A stretch of 64,000 bases of DNA from Planctomycetota bacterium (lineage in GTDB: Bacteria; Planctomycetota; UBA1135; UBA2386), in contig JAEUHR010000042.1 of NCBI GenBank assembly GCA_016794425.1, positions 144,749 through 208,748 on the forward strand, in the 5' to 3' direction. A program made the position numbers and the translations under genes. This document shows positions 1 to 12,055 of this stretch, one piece after another (the stretch's first letter is position 1; each line of letters begins with the position of its first letter). The notes under the pieces are model-generated. The model was given only the letters and a program-made list of their open reading frames with translations. It was not told the DNA's origin and ran no database searches.

Positions 1-2751
<2,751 letters not shown>

Positions 2752-2883
2752 GTCGGGGTGGCCGGCGCCGGGGCGCGCGAGCGGCGCAACAGGATAGGGA
2801 CCTGGCGCGCCGGGTTGAAGAGGTGCGCGGCGCCGGCGGGCCGTGCCGAACCGCACAGCCGCCGCGTTCCGCACCGGCTGCGG

Positions 2884-3987
2884 TCAGGCCCGGGCCGCGT
2901 CGATCGCCGCCAGCACCGCGTCGGCGTCGGTCGCGGCGTTGCCCGGTCCGAACGAGAGCCGCAGCACACCTTGCGGCGTGCCGAGTGCGGCCAGCGCCAT
3001 TGGCGCACAATGGCTGCCGGCGCGCACCGTGATGCCGTGCGCCGCGAAGTGGGCTTCGGCGCGCGCCAGCGGCAGCGCGTCGAGCACGACCGCGACGGTG
3101 CCGGTGTGCGGGCCGTCGCCGCCGAGCACGCGGCAGCCCGGGCGGTCGCGCAGCGCCGCGCGCAGCTGGCGCGCGAGCACCCGTGGCCGTTCGCGCACGG
3201 CGGCCGGCGCGGCGGCGAGCCAGGCGCAGCCGGCGGCGAGGCCGTGCGCGGCCGGCAGGTTCACGGAGCCGACATCGCAGAAGCCCGGATAGGTCGCGAA
3301 CGGCGCCGCCGCGCCGCCGTCGCGGTGCAGCTCGCAGACCGCGGCCGGACACGCGAACGCCACGCTCGGCGCGGCCCAGAAGCCGCCGATGCCGAGCGGC
3401 CCCTGCAGGCCCTTGTGGCCGGCGAACACGGCGAGGTCGACGCCGAGCGCGCGGACCGAGAGCGGCACGGTGCCGGCGAGCTGCGCCGCGTCGAGCAGCA
3501 CCAGTGCGCCGTGGGCGTGGGCCAACGCTGTGATCTCGGCCAGCGGCAGCAGTTCGCCGGTCACGTTCGAGGCGCCGGTGCAGGCGACCAGCCGCACGCG
3601 GCCGCGGCGCAGCGCGGCGGCCAACGCGTCGAGGTCGAACGGCGTGCCCGGTCGGTAGGGGACCGCGACGTGCTGCACGCCGCGTTCGTGCACGAGCTTC
3701 TGCACCGGTCGTGCCAGCGCGTGGTGCTCGAGGCTCGACGTCACGACTGTGTCGCCGGCCTGCCACGGCAGGTCGCCGAGCGCGAGCGCCAGCGCCTGGG
3801 TGCACGACGACGTCAGCAGCAGGCGTTCGGGGGCCGGCAAGTCCAGCGCCGCCGCGATCGCGCCGTGCGCGGCGGCGTAGCAGGCGCCGTGCTGTTCGAT
3901 CGGCAGTTCGAGCGCCGCGCGCACCGCCGCGACCACGGGCGCGGGCTTGGGCCAGCTGGTGCCGGCGTGGTTGGCGTGCAGCGTCAC
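2884..3987 (-). CDS. Class V aminotransferase-fold PLP enzyme, cysteine desulfurase / selenocysteine lyase-like
   Basis: This is the C-terminal part of track ORF 2884..4911(-). GTG 3987..3985 gives VTLHANHAGTSWPKP. It has the PLP-lysine motif FAGHKGLQGP and the active-site Cys motif RAGSHCAP typical of SufS/CsdA-type enzymes. The start overlaps the upstream stop by 4 nt (GTGA). Confidence 0.8.
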   Translation of the reverse strand: MTLHANHAGTSWPKPAPVVAAVRAALELPIEQHGACYAAAHGAIAAALDLPAPERLLLTSSCTQALALALGDLPWQAGDTVVTSSLEHHALARPVQKLVHERGVQHVAVPYRPGTPFDLDALAAALRRGRVRLVACTGASNVTGELLPLAEITALAHAHGALVLLDAAQLAGTVPLSVRALGVDLAVFAGHKGLQGPLGIGGFWAAPSVAFACPAAVCELHRDGGAAAPFATYPGFCDVGSVNLPAAHGLAAGCAWLAAAPAAVRERPRVLARQLRAALRDRPGCRVLGGDGPHTGTVAVVLDALPLARAEAHFAAHGITVRAGSHCAPMALAALGTPQGVLRLSFGPGNAATDADAVLAAIDAARA

Positions 3988-5501
3988 GACAGCGGCGGCA
4001 GCTGGCCCGCGCGCACGTAGGCCTGTTCGTAGAGGAACAGGCCGCCCCACAGCAGCACCGCGCACAGCGCCAGCGACGCCGGCGCCCCGGCGCCGACCGC
4101 GAGCAGCAGCAGCGCCAGCACGGCAGCCGCCGTCGACGTCGCCATGCCGGCATGGAACGCGCCGAGCCGGGTGCCGGGCCACGCCGGCACGCGCGGCAGC
4201 AGCGCCGCGGCCATGCGCGCGTTCGCCGTCTCGTGGTGGCCGAGGTGCTCGAACAGGCCGAGCCCGTGGTGCACGACCGCCATCGCCAGCACGAACAGAG
4301 CGAGGCGCAGGTCCGGCACGAACGGCAGCAGCGCCATGCCGCCGAGCGCGAGCGCCTGCACCATCAGGTGCGGCAGCAACAGCCGCGTGCGCTGCCACAG
4401 GTCGCGGCCCTCGCACTGCGCGAACAGGAACGCCGTGTAGGCCGCGGTCAGCGAGCCGGTCACGAGGTTGGTCCAGCGCAGCCCGTCGGCCAGCGCGTGC
4501 AGACCGAGCAGCCGCGCCGCGACGATCGCGGTCGTGATCGCGCCGAACGCCATCAGCACCCAGGCGCCCTTGACCAGCCAGCTGCGCGTGTTGGGCCGCA
4601 GCACGATCGACAGGAACTTGTGCGGCCGCTTCAGGTCGGCGACCAGCAGCACGTTGGTGACCGCCAGGAACACCAGCGCCAGCAGTTCCGGCAGGTAGTC
4701 GCGCACGGCGCCGTCCGCGCCCATGAACGCGACGAACGGCGCCCACAGCGCGGCGCCGGCGGCGATGCCCTTGGTGACCAGGTAGGCCGACACCTTCCAG
4801 CCCCAGTGCACCTTGTGGTCGACGTCGAGCGCGGTGCGCGCGTCGGGTCGGTAGAAGCGCGCCTCGTCTTCGGGCGACAGCGGCACCTTCGGCAGGCGCC
4901 GGTCGCTCCACAGGTACATGTCGGGCTCCTGCGCCGTGCCCGGCTCCAGCGTCGCCGGGTGGGCGCCGAGGTAGAACACGTTCGGGCCGGTGCCCTGTTC
5001 GACGCGCCGCGCGACGGCGCCGGGCACCTCGGCCAACAGCCGGCTCGCCGGGCTGTTCGGGTCGTGCAGGTCGCCGCTGACGATCGCCGTCTCGGGGCAG
5101 ACCACCTCACAGGCCGGCTTCAGTCCCTGCTCGACGCGGTGGGCGCAGAAGTGGCACTTCTCGGCGCCGCCGGTGTCGTCGTTCAGGTAGAGCGCGTCGT
5201 ACGGGCACCCCTGCATGCAGGCCTTGCAGCCGATGCAGACGTCCTTGTCCAGGTCGACGATGCCATCGGGCCGTTTGTGCAGCGCCGTGACCGGACAGAT
5301 CGTGACGCACGGGGCCGACGTACACTGGTTGCAGCGCAGCACCGCGAAGTGCCGGCGCACGGTCGGGAACGCGCCGACCTCGGTGTACTTGACCCAGGTC
5401 CGGAAGTCGCCGATCGGCACCTCGTTCTCGGACTTGCAGGCGGTGGTGCAGGCGTGGCAGCCGATGCATCGGCGCTGGTCGAGGACGAATCCGTACTGCA
5501 T
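3984..5501 (-). CDS. Fusion of a four-cluster [4Fe-4S] ferredoxin subunit (DmsB/PsrB/NrfC type) with an NrfD/PsrC-type polytopic membrane subunit
   Basis: This is the C-terminal 505 codons of track ORF 3984..6326(-), starting at ATG 5501 (MQYGFVLDQRRCIGCHACTTACK). Four Cys groups are present: CIGCHACTTAC, CNQCTSAPCVTICP, CIGCKACMQGCP and CHFCAHRVEQGLKPACEVVCP. They are followed by about 300 aa of hydrophobic helices. The N-terminal part of the track ORF (Ala/Thr repeats) is antisense of the RRM gene and was rejected. Confidence 0.8.
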   Translation of the reverse strand: MQYGFVLDQRRCIGCHACTTACKSENEVPIGDFRTWVKYTEVGAFPTVRRHFAVLRCNQCTSAPCVTICPVTALHKRPDGIVDLDKDVCIGCKACMQGCPYDALYLNDDTGGAEKCHFCAHRVEQGLKPACEVVCPETAIVSGDLHDPNSPASRLLAEVPGAVARRVEQGTGPNVFYLGAHPATLEPGTAQEPDMYLWSDRRLPKVPLSPEDEARFYRPDARTALDVDHKVHWGWKVSAYLVTKGIAAGAALWAPFVAFMGADGAVRDYLPELLALVFLAVTNVLLVADLKRPHKFLSIVLRPNTRSWLVKGAWVLMAFGAITTAIVAARLLGLHALADGLRWTNLVTGSLTAAYTAFLFAQCEGRDLWQRTRLLLPHLMVQALALGGMALLPFVPDLRLALFVLAMAVVHHGLGLFEHLGHHETANARMAAALLPRVPAWPGTRLGAFHAGMATSTAAAVLALLLLAVGAGAPASLALCAVLLWGGLFLYEQAYVRAGQLPPLS

Positions 5502-5780
5502 GCGGTCCGGCGAGGGGGACGGCGCACCATAGCAACCCGGGTGGGGGGCGCCACCTTCCCCTGGCGCACGAAATTCGCCTCCCGGCTTGCGCAGAAGCGG
5601 TCCGCCAGCGATCGTTCCCGCCACTTGCGACCTCCTCGGGCGCGCTTTGGTTGGTCCGCCTGTTTTCGCAGATCGATCGGGAACCCCTGCAGAGCTCGCT
5701 TTTCCCAGTTCGTTGGCACCAGGGGCTTGGCCCTTTCTCCGCTGGTGCGGCATCAGAGCAAAGGGTGAAGTGATCGTCAG

Positions 5781-6281
<501 letters not shown>

Positions 6282-6336
6282 TCGCTGCGTAGCGCTACCA
6301 CTGCAGTGGCCGGTGTGCTCCCGCACGCCGGCTCGA

Positions 6337-6366
6337 CCGAAGGGCTCGCTACGGCGGGCCCTTCGG
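6337..6366. terminator. Candidate bidirectional stem-loop between convergent genes
   Basis: There is a perfect 9-bp stem, ccgaagggc (6337..6345) with gcccttcgg (6358..6366), and a 12-nt loop. It lies 56 nt after the RRM stop and 63 nt after the ATPase stop. There is no U-tract, so function is uncertain. Confidence 0.3.
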
Positions 6367-6428
6367 CTGTAGGGACCGTGCCTGGCCGAGGGCGGTGGCT
6401 TCGGGGACCGCCGGTGCGCGGCGGGACG

Positions 6429-7082
6429 TCAGTTGCGGGCGCGGTCCGCCGCGGGCGGCGTCACTGCCGCGTGGTCGGTGCCGGGCGCACCGCCGAGGGG
6501 CGCGAAGCCGGCCAGGTCCAGCACGCGTTCGACCAGCCGCACCCGCTCCTGCATCGACAGCGACTCGACCGGGATGTAGGGCACGTCGAACACTTCGAGC
6601 AGCAGCTTGACCATGCCGTCGATGCGCACGACTTCCTCCCATTCGAGGCCGGCGCGCACGCCGTCGGCGATCACCAGTTCGCGGTGCGGGCGCAGGAAGA
6701 ACACCAGGCCCTCGCGCACCCACTTCATGTAGTCGCCAAGGCGCCGGTCGCGGAACACGTCGCCGAGGATCGTCGAGTGGTGCGCCGCGTAGGCCAGGTT
6801 GCAGAACGCGCGGTCGCTGACGAACGGTCCCGCGACCTTGTGCTCGGCCTCGATCTGGCGATGGAACACCTCGCGCTGGTAGCGGTTGACCAGGTCGATG
6901 TCGGTGCGCAGCGTGTCGAGACGCGCTTCCATCTCCGCCAGCACGCCACGCGCGACTTCGGCGATCATCGGCACGCCGTAGTGGTCCCGCACCCAGCGGG
7001 CCAGGGTGGTCTTGCCGGTGGCGTGAGCGCCGACCATGTAGATCCGGGTGGGCGCCGTCGCGAGCGAGCGGTTCGGGAGCAT
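6429..7082 (-). CDS. P-loop NTPase (AAA_28 / NadR C-terminal kinase-like family)
   Basis: Track ORF 6429..7082(-). Walker A GAHATGKTT lies near the N-terminus. Size (217 aa) and overall pattern fit small AAA_28-type ATPases. Confidence 0.7.
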   Translation of the reverse strand: MLPNRSLATAPTRIYMVGAHATGKTTLARWVRDHYGVPMIAEVARGVLAEMEARLDTLRTDIDLVNRYQREVFHRQIEAEHKVAGPFVSDRAFCNLAYAAHHSTILGDVFRDRRLGDYMKWVREGLVFFLRPHRELVIADGVRAGLEWEEVVRIDGMVKLLLEVFDVPYIPVESLSMQERVRLVERVLDLAGFAPLGGAPGTDHAAVTPPAADRARN

Positions 7083-7121
7083 CGGGGCACGGTAGCCGCC
7101 CCGGAGTTCCGGGCAAGCTGC

Positions 7122-7736
7122 CTAGTCGCCGGCCGCCGCCTCGCCGCCGCCGGTGCCGTGCTCGGCGGCCTGCAGCACGAGCCGCGCGCGCCGTGACACC
7201 GAGGGCTCCGCGAAGGCGCGCTCGACCACGGCCTGCGGGGCGCCCAGCGTCTGCAGCAGCAGGTCGGCCAGCAGGCCCGGCGGCGCCGATTCCGGCAGCG
7301 GCAGCGGCTGCTGCAGGCGGGCGCTGGTCGCCTCGCGCAGACGGCGCGTCAGGTCGGCGACTTCGACGTCGTCGGCAGCGATCTCGACGAACGGCGCGCA
7401 GCGCACCTGCCGGTAGAGGCGGTCGCTCGGCACCTCGACGAAGCGCACCCGCGACAGGCCGAGCACCAGGATCTGGTAGCGACCGTCGGCGAGCCGTTCG
7501 TGCCGCAGGATCTCACCGAGCCCGGCCACCGGCAGCAGGTCCGGTTCGCCGTTCGCGTCGCGGCCGCGCGTGCGCTGCGTGCCGATCACGAGCCGCCCGG
7601 GGCCATCGAGCAGGTCGCCGACCATCTGGCGGTACCGCGGCTCGAACACGTGCAGCGGCAGCACCTGATGCGGGAACAGGAACGCCCCCGGCAACGGGAA
7701 GATCGGTACGCAGGAACTCGGCAGCGACACGTCCAC
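7122..7736 (-). CDS. LON substrate-binding (Lon N-terminal, PUA-like) domain protein
   Basis: PIFPLPGAFLFPHQVLPLHVFEPRYRQMV is the hallmark start of Lon N-terminal domain proteins. I chose GTG 7736, because the track start ATG 7847 would overlap the upstream gene by 35 nt. The start is uncertain. Confidence 0.7.
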   Translation of the reverse strand: MDVSLPSSCVPIFPLPGAFLFPHQVLPLHVFEPRYRQMVGDLLDGPGRLVIGTQRTRGRDANGEPDLLPVAGLGEILRHERLADGRYQILVLGLSRVRFVEVPSDRLYRQVRCAPFVEIAADDVEVADLTRRLREATSARLQQPLPLPESAPPGLLADLLLQTLGAPQAVVERAFAEPSVSRRARLVLQAAEHGTGGGEAAAGD

Positions 7737-7812
7737 GCTTGGGCCGCACGATACCCGGCGGCAAGGGTCGTGTGGGCGGCGCGCAGTGCTGAGGCGGCGC
7801 GCCGCGGGCTGC

Positions 7813-9345
7813 TCAGTACTGGTAGATCTCGGTCGCGGTCGGGCCACCGCCGACCACCAGGACCGTGGCGTCGGGCAGGTTCACCGCGACCGGGAACAAC
7901 CGCGGCGCGGCCATGCTGCCGGTCGGCGCGATCGAGTTCGGACCCTGGGCGAAGCGGTCGCAGGTCTCGGTCGGCACGAAGCCGAACGTCGACGTCGGCA
8001 CGTCGATCGTCAGCTGGAAGCCGCCGACGATCAGCGCGCCGCCGCTCGGCAGCGGCGCGACCGCGGCGCCGGCGCGGCCGACCTGCATGCCGTTCACGGT
8101 CGCGAATGTGCCGAAGCCGCCCAGGAACGACGGCGTGAACAGCTGGCAGTCGGTGCGCGTCGTCAGCACGAGGTCGGCGATGTTGCCGGTGGTCAGGAAC
8201 GTCGTGAAGTCGAGGTTCAGACCGCCGACCAGCAGCACCTTGCCGTCGCTGGTGGGCGCGGCCGAGTGCAGGAAGCGGCCGCCGCTGAAGAACGACGGCA
8301 GGCCGAAGCTGTTGGTGTTCGGGTTGAAGCGGTAGGCCGTGGCCGAGACCGTCGGCAGGTTCAGGATCGGCAGCAGGCTGATGCCACCGGCGACCAGCAC
8401 CTGGCCATTGGTCAGCGTGGTCGAGGTGTGCAGCGCGCGTGCCTCGAGCATGTTCGGGCCCGGCGCGAACGTGTTGGTGGCCGGGTCGAAGATCTCGGTC
8501 GAGCCGAGCAGGCCGGTGAACAGCGACAGCGGGTTGGCCAGGTCGAGCGCCGACAGGCCGCCGGTGATCAGCACCTTGCCGTTGCCCATCAGTGACGCGC
8601 CGTGGCCGGCCCGCGGCGACGCCATCGACAGCGTCGTCGTCGTCTGCGCGACCGGATCGTAGACCGCGGCCGCCGCGGTGGTCTGGCCGGTCGTCAGGTC
8701 GAGCCCGCCGGTGAACAGCACGCGGCCGTCCGGCAGGCCGGTGCTCTGCGAGAACAGGCCGACGCCGAACGTCACGCCGGCGGCTTCCCATTCCTCGGTG
8801 CGCGACTTGTAGCGCTGCGCGACCGGCCCTGAGCCGCCGACGAACAACAGCTCCTTGTTCGGCGCGACCGCGGTCGTGCCACCGGCGATCGGCACTGGCG
8901 GCTGGTTCAGCGGCTCCAGCCACGTGCCGGTGTGCTGCGGCGTCACGCGCACGAGGTTCGACGTGCGCCACGGACCGCCGCCGCCGAGCACCTGGAACGA
9001 ATAGGTGAACTGCGCGAAGAACGGATCGTCCGGAATCACCACCGCGGGTGTCGCGGCGCCGGTGCCGTTGGTCGTGCCGACCCAACCCGGGATCGCGAAC
9101 GACAGGTCGACGAGCCGCAGCGGAATGTCCATCGTGACGCCGTACGCCGGCAGCGGCGTCGGTTCTTCCCAGAGGTCGACCGCGAGCGCGTAGAACTCGT
9201 TCGGCTGGCCCAGGATCGGCAGCGTCGTCGGGCCACCGAGCGAGCCGCCGACTTTGTCCAGCGACAGATTCTGTGCCGCGAGCGGCGCAGCGGTGACGGC
9301 GAGGAACAGCGCAGTGAAGGTGTGGTGCGGTCGGGTGGTGGCCAT
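7813..9345 (-). CDS. Secreted Kelch-type (galactose oxidase-like) beta-propeller protein
   Basis: Start ATG 9345 gives the signal peptide MATTRPHHTFTALFLAVTAAPLAAQ. Seven spaced h-h-h-x-GG blade signatures follow: LLFVGG, VLFTGG, VLITGG, VLVAGG, VLLVGG, ALIVGG, VLVVGG. Confidence 0.7.
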   Translation of the reverse strand: MATTRPHHTFTALFLAVTAAPLAAQNLSLDKVGGSLGGPTTLPILGQPNEFYALAVDLWEEPTPLPAYGVTMDIPLRLVDLSFAIPGWVGTTNGTGAATPAVVIPDDPFFAQFTYSFQVLGGGGPWRTSNLVRVTPQHTGTWLEPLNQPPVPIAGGTTAVAPNKELLFVGGSGPVAQRYKSRTEEWEAAGVTFGVGLFSQSTGLPDGRVLFTGGLDLTTGQTTAAAAVYDPVAQTTTTLSMASPRAGHGASLMGNGKVLITGGLSALDLANPLSLFTGLLGSTEIFDPATNTFAPGPNMLEARALHTSTTLTNGQVLVAGGISLLPILNLPTVSATAYRFNPNTNSFGLPSFFSGGRFLHSAAPTSDGKVLLVGGLNLDFTTFLTTGNIADLVLTTRTDCQLFTPSFLGGFGTFATVNGMQVGRAGAAVAPLPSGGALIVGGFQLTIDVPTSTFGFVPTETCDRFAQGPNSIAPTGSMAAPRLFPVAVNLPDATVLVVGGGPTATEIYQY

Positions 9346-9406
9346 GTCCGGCAGTATGACCCGGCCGCGATCGCCGGGCCACGTACGGCTCATCCGCCGC
9401 AGCGCA

Positions 9407-10540
9407 TCAGCGGGCGCGCCACTTCGCCAGCAGCTCGCGTTCGCGTTCGGCCTTCATGCCGGCGCGCCACTCGCGGTCGCCGCGGCCGTCGCGCACCCAG
9501 GCGGCGGTGTCACGGATGGTCTCGGCGATCGGCCGGAACGTGGCGCCGGTGGCGATCGCGCGGGCGTTGGCCGCGTGGCCGTTCTTCGCGGTCGGCGTCC
9601 AGCAGCCCATCTCTTCCCACGGCGAGACACCGTTCTCGACCAGGAAGGCGTCGTCGACCCACGTGAACGTGCAGCCGTGGTTCAGCGTGCCCTTGCCGGT
9701 GTGCAGGAACTCGGCCGTCGAGATGCGGCCGTCGAAACCGACCGCGTTGAACGCGCCGGTGTGGCGGCCTTCGATCAGGCGCACGATCCAGGCGCCGAGG
9801 TCGCGCACGTCGATGAACTGCAGTTCGTTGTCGGCCGCGCCGGGCGCCAGGCACTCGCCGCCGCGCTGCAGCCGCGCCGGCCAGTAGGTGAAGCGGTCGC
9901 TCGGGTCCTCGGGACCGACGATGTAGCCGGGCCGCACCAGCGACGCGCCGTCGGGGAACGCGGCCGCGACCGCGTCTTCGCAGTAGCGCTTCAGGGCGCC
10001 GTAGAACTCGCCGTTCTCGCCCATGTGCTGCACGTACTTGTCGGCGCACTCGCACAGCGGGCTCTGCTCGTCGACCGGCGTCGCGTCCTGCTCGAGCGTC
10101 CGGTAGACCGACAGCGAACTGATGTAGACGTACTGGTCGACGTTGCCGGCCAGCACCTTGCACACGTCCTCGGTCTCGCCGGTGAAGTAGCCGTTGGTGT
10201 CGACGACGGCGTCCCACTTGCGTCCGACCAGCGCCGACAGGTCCTGCGGCGGGTCCTTCGGCCGATCGGCGCGCGGCCGGCGGCGCTGGCCGCGCAGGTG
10301 TTCGACCTCGGGGAACAGGCCGGGGTTGGTGCGACCCCGGTTCCACAGCGTGACCGTGTGGCCGTTCGCCAGCGCCGGGCGCACGACCGCCGGACCGACG
10401 AAGCTGGTGCCGCCGAGCACCAGGATGCGCTTGCCGCGGCGGTGGGGCGGCGGCACCCGCGGGGCGGCGCGCACCCCGGTGACGGCGGCGGCGGCGGCGA
10501 CGGACGACGTGGCGAGGAACGAGCGGCGCGTCTGTGGCAT
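9407..10540 (-). CDS. NAD(P)-binding SDR / epimerase-dehydratase family protein with twin-arginine (Tat) signal
   Basis: ATG 10540 gives MPQTRRSFLATSSVAAAAAVTG (a TRRSFL Tat motif). It is followed by the Rossmann motif ILVLGGTSFVG. This is the C-terminal 377 codons of track ORF 9407..12049(-). Confidence 0.8.
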   Translation of the reverse strand: MPQTRRSFLATSSVAAAAAVTGVRAAPRVPPPHRRGKRILVLGGTSFVGPAVVRPALANGHTVTLWNRGRTNPGLFPEVEHLRGQRRRPRADRPKDPPQDLSALVGRKWDAVVDTNGYFTGETEDVCKVLAGNVDQYVYISSLSVYRTLEQDATPVDEQSPLCECADKYVQHMGENGEFYGALKRYCEDAVAAAFPDGASLVRPGYIVGPEDPSDRFTYWPARLQRGGECLAPGAADNELQFIDVRDLGAWIVRLIEGRHTGAFNAVGFDGRISTAEFLHTGKGTLNHGCTFTWVDDAFLVENGVSPWEEMGCWTPTAKNGHAANARAIATGATFRPIAETIRDTAAWVRDGRGDREWRAGMKAERERELLAKWRAR

Positions 10541-10624
10541 GGCGCCAATACGTGCGGTCGCGGCGCCGCGCGAGCGGCTGCGCGCTTTCCTCCGTGCGCC
10601 GCCGGCGTAGACTCGGCGCCCCCG

Positions 10625-12055
10625 ATGTCCGCCCGCCGTTACCACCTGACCAGCTACGGCTGCCAGATGAACAAGCTCGACAGTGAGCTGGTCGAGAGCC
10701 GGTTGCGCCAGCGCGGCTACGAGGCCGCGGCCGACGAAGCCTCGGCCGACGTCGTGCTGCTGAACACCTGCTCGGTGCGGCAGCACGCCGAGGACCGGGT
10801 CTGGTCGAAGCTCGGCAAGCTGCGGCTGCGCAAGCGCCAGCAGCCCGAACTGGTCGTCGGTGTGCTCGGCTGCATGGCGCAGGAGCACAAGCGTTACCTG
10901 CTGTCGCGCATGCCGCACGTCGACCTCGTGGTCGGACCGTCGGCGTTCGGCGACATCGACGCGACGGTCGAGCGCGCGCTCGAACGCAACCTGCACCTGG
11001 CCGCCGAACGCGAGCCGGCGCGCACCAAACACGAGGTCGGCGGCGCCGGCGTGCTGTCGGTCGACCAGGGCGTCTCCGGCGACACGATCCGCCGCGACGT
11101 GCGCGTGCGGCCGCACCGGTCGCAGGCGTTCGTGTCGGTGATGCGCGGCTGCAACATGCCGTGCAGCTACTGCATCGTGCCGACGACGCGCGGCGACGAG
11201 GTGTCGCGCCCGATCGCCGACATCGTCGACGAGGCGCAGCGGCTGTGCGACGACGGCGTGACCGAGATCACGCTGCTCGGCCAGACCGTCAACGCCTACG
11301 GCCGCGACCTGACCGGTCAGGACGCGACGCTGGCGCGGCTGCTGCGCGCGCTGCACGAAATCCCGTCGCTGCGGCGGCTCGCGTTCATCACTTCGCACCC
11401 GAACTTCCTGTCGCCGGAGCTGATCGCGGCGCTGGCCGAGCTGCCGAAGCTGGCGCGCTACCTGCACCTGCCGGCGCAGTCGGGCAGCAACGCGGTGCTG
11501 AAGGCGATGCGCCGCGGCTACACCGTCGAACGCTACCTCGCGCGCGTCGAGCAGCTGCTGGCGCGGGCGCCCGACTACGAACTGCACAGCGACTTCATCG
11601 TCGGCTACCCCGGTGAGACGGCCGCGGACTTCGACGCCACGGTCGCGTTCCTGCAGCGGGTCGGGTTCGCGCAGAGCTACGTGTTCAAGTACTCGCCGCG
11701 CCCCGGCACCGTCGCGGCCGAACGGTCCGACGACGTGCCCGAGGCCGAGAAGGAGCGCCGCAACGCGGTGCTGCTGGCGGCGCAGGAGGCACTGACGGTG
11801 GCCCGGAACCGCGCGCTGGTCGGCCGCACGGTCGAGGTGCTGGTCGAGGGCGAGAGCAAGGTCGCCGGTCGGCTCAGCGGCCGCACGGTGCACCACCGCC
11901 TCGTGCACTTCGCCGCCAGCGACACGGCGTTGGTCGGCACCTACGTGCCGGTGCGGGTCACCGAAGCGCTGGCGCACTCGGTGGTGGGCGAGCTGCTGCC
12001 CGCCGATGCGGCCGAGGCGTCGGCGCACGATCCGGTCGAGGCACGGCACGCGTGA
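10625..12055 (+). CDS. miaB: tRNA-2-methylthio-N6-dimethylallyladenosine synthase (radical SAM methylthiotransferase)
   Basis: ATG 10625 gives MSARRYHLTSYGCQMNKLDSE. The radical SAM motif CNMPCSYC and a TRAM-like C-terminus are present. This is the inner part of track ORF 9254..12055(+). Confidence 0.92.
   Translation: MSARRYHLTSYGCQMNKLDSELVESRLRQRGYEAAADEASADVVLLNTCSVRQHAEDRVWSKLGKLRLRKRQQPELVVGVLGCMAQEHKRYLLSRMPHVDLVVGPSAFGDIDATVERALERNLHLAAEREPARTKHEVGGAGVLSVDQGVSGDTIRRDVRVRPHRSQAFVSVMRGCNMPCSYCIVPTTRGDEVSRPIADIVDEAQRLCDDGVTEITLLGQTVNAYGRDLTGQDATLARLLRALHEIPSLRRLAFITSHPNFLSPELIAALAELPKLARYLHLPAQSGSNAVLKAMRRGYTVERYLARVEQLLARAPDYELHSDFIVGYPGETAADFDATVAFLQRVGFAQSYVFKYSPRPGTVAAERSDDVPEAEKERRNAVLLAAQEALTVARNRALVGRTVEVLVEGESKVAGRLSGRTVHHRLVHFAASDTALVGTYVPVRVTEALAHSVVGELLPADAAEASAHDPVEARHA

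Noticed and set aside
7737-7847. Longer start (ATG 7847) for the Lon N-terminal domain protein
   Set aside because: The extra 37 codons are Arg/Pro/Ser-rich and overlap the Kelch gene by 35 nt. Lon-N domain proteins normally begin just before the PIFPLP motif, so GTG 7736 is preferred, although this is not proven.
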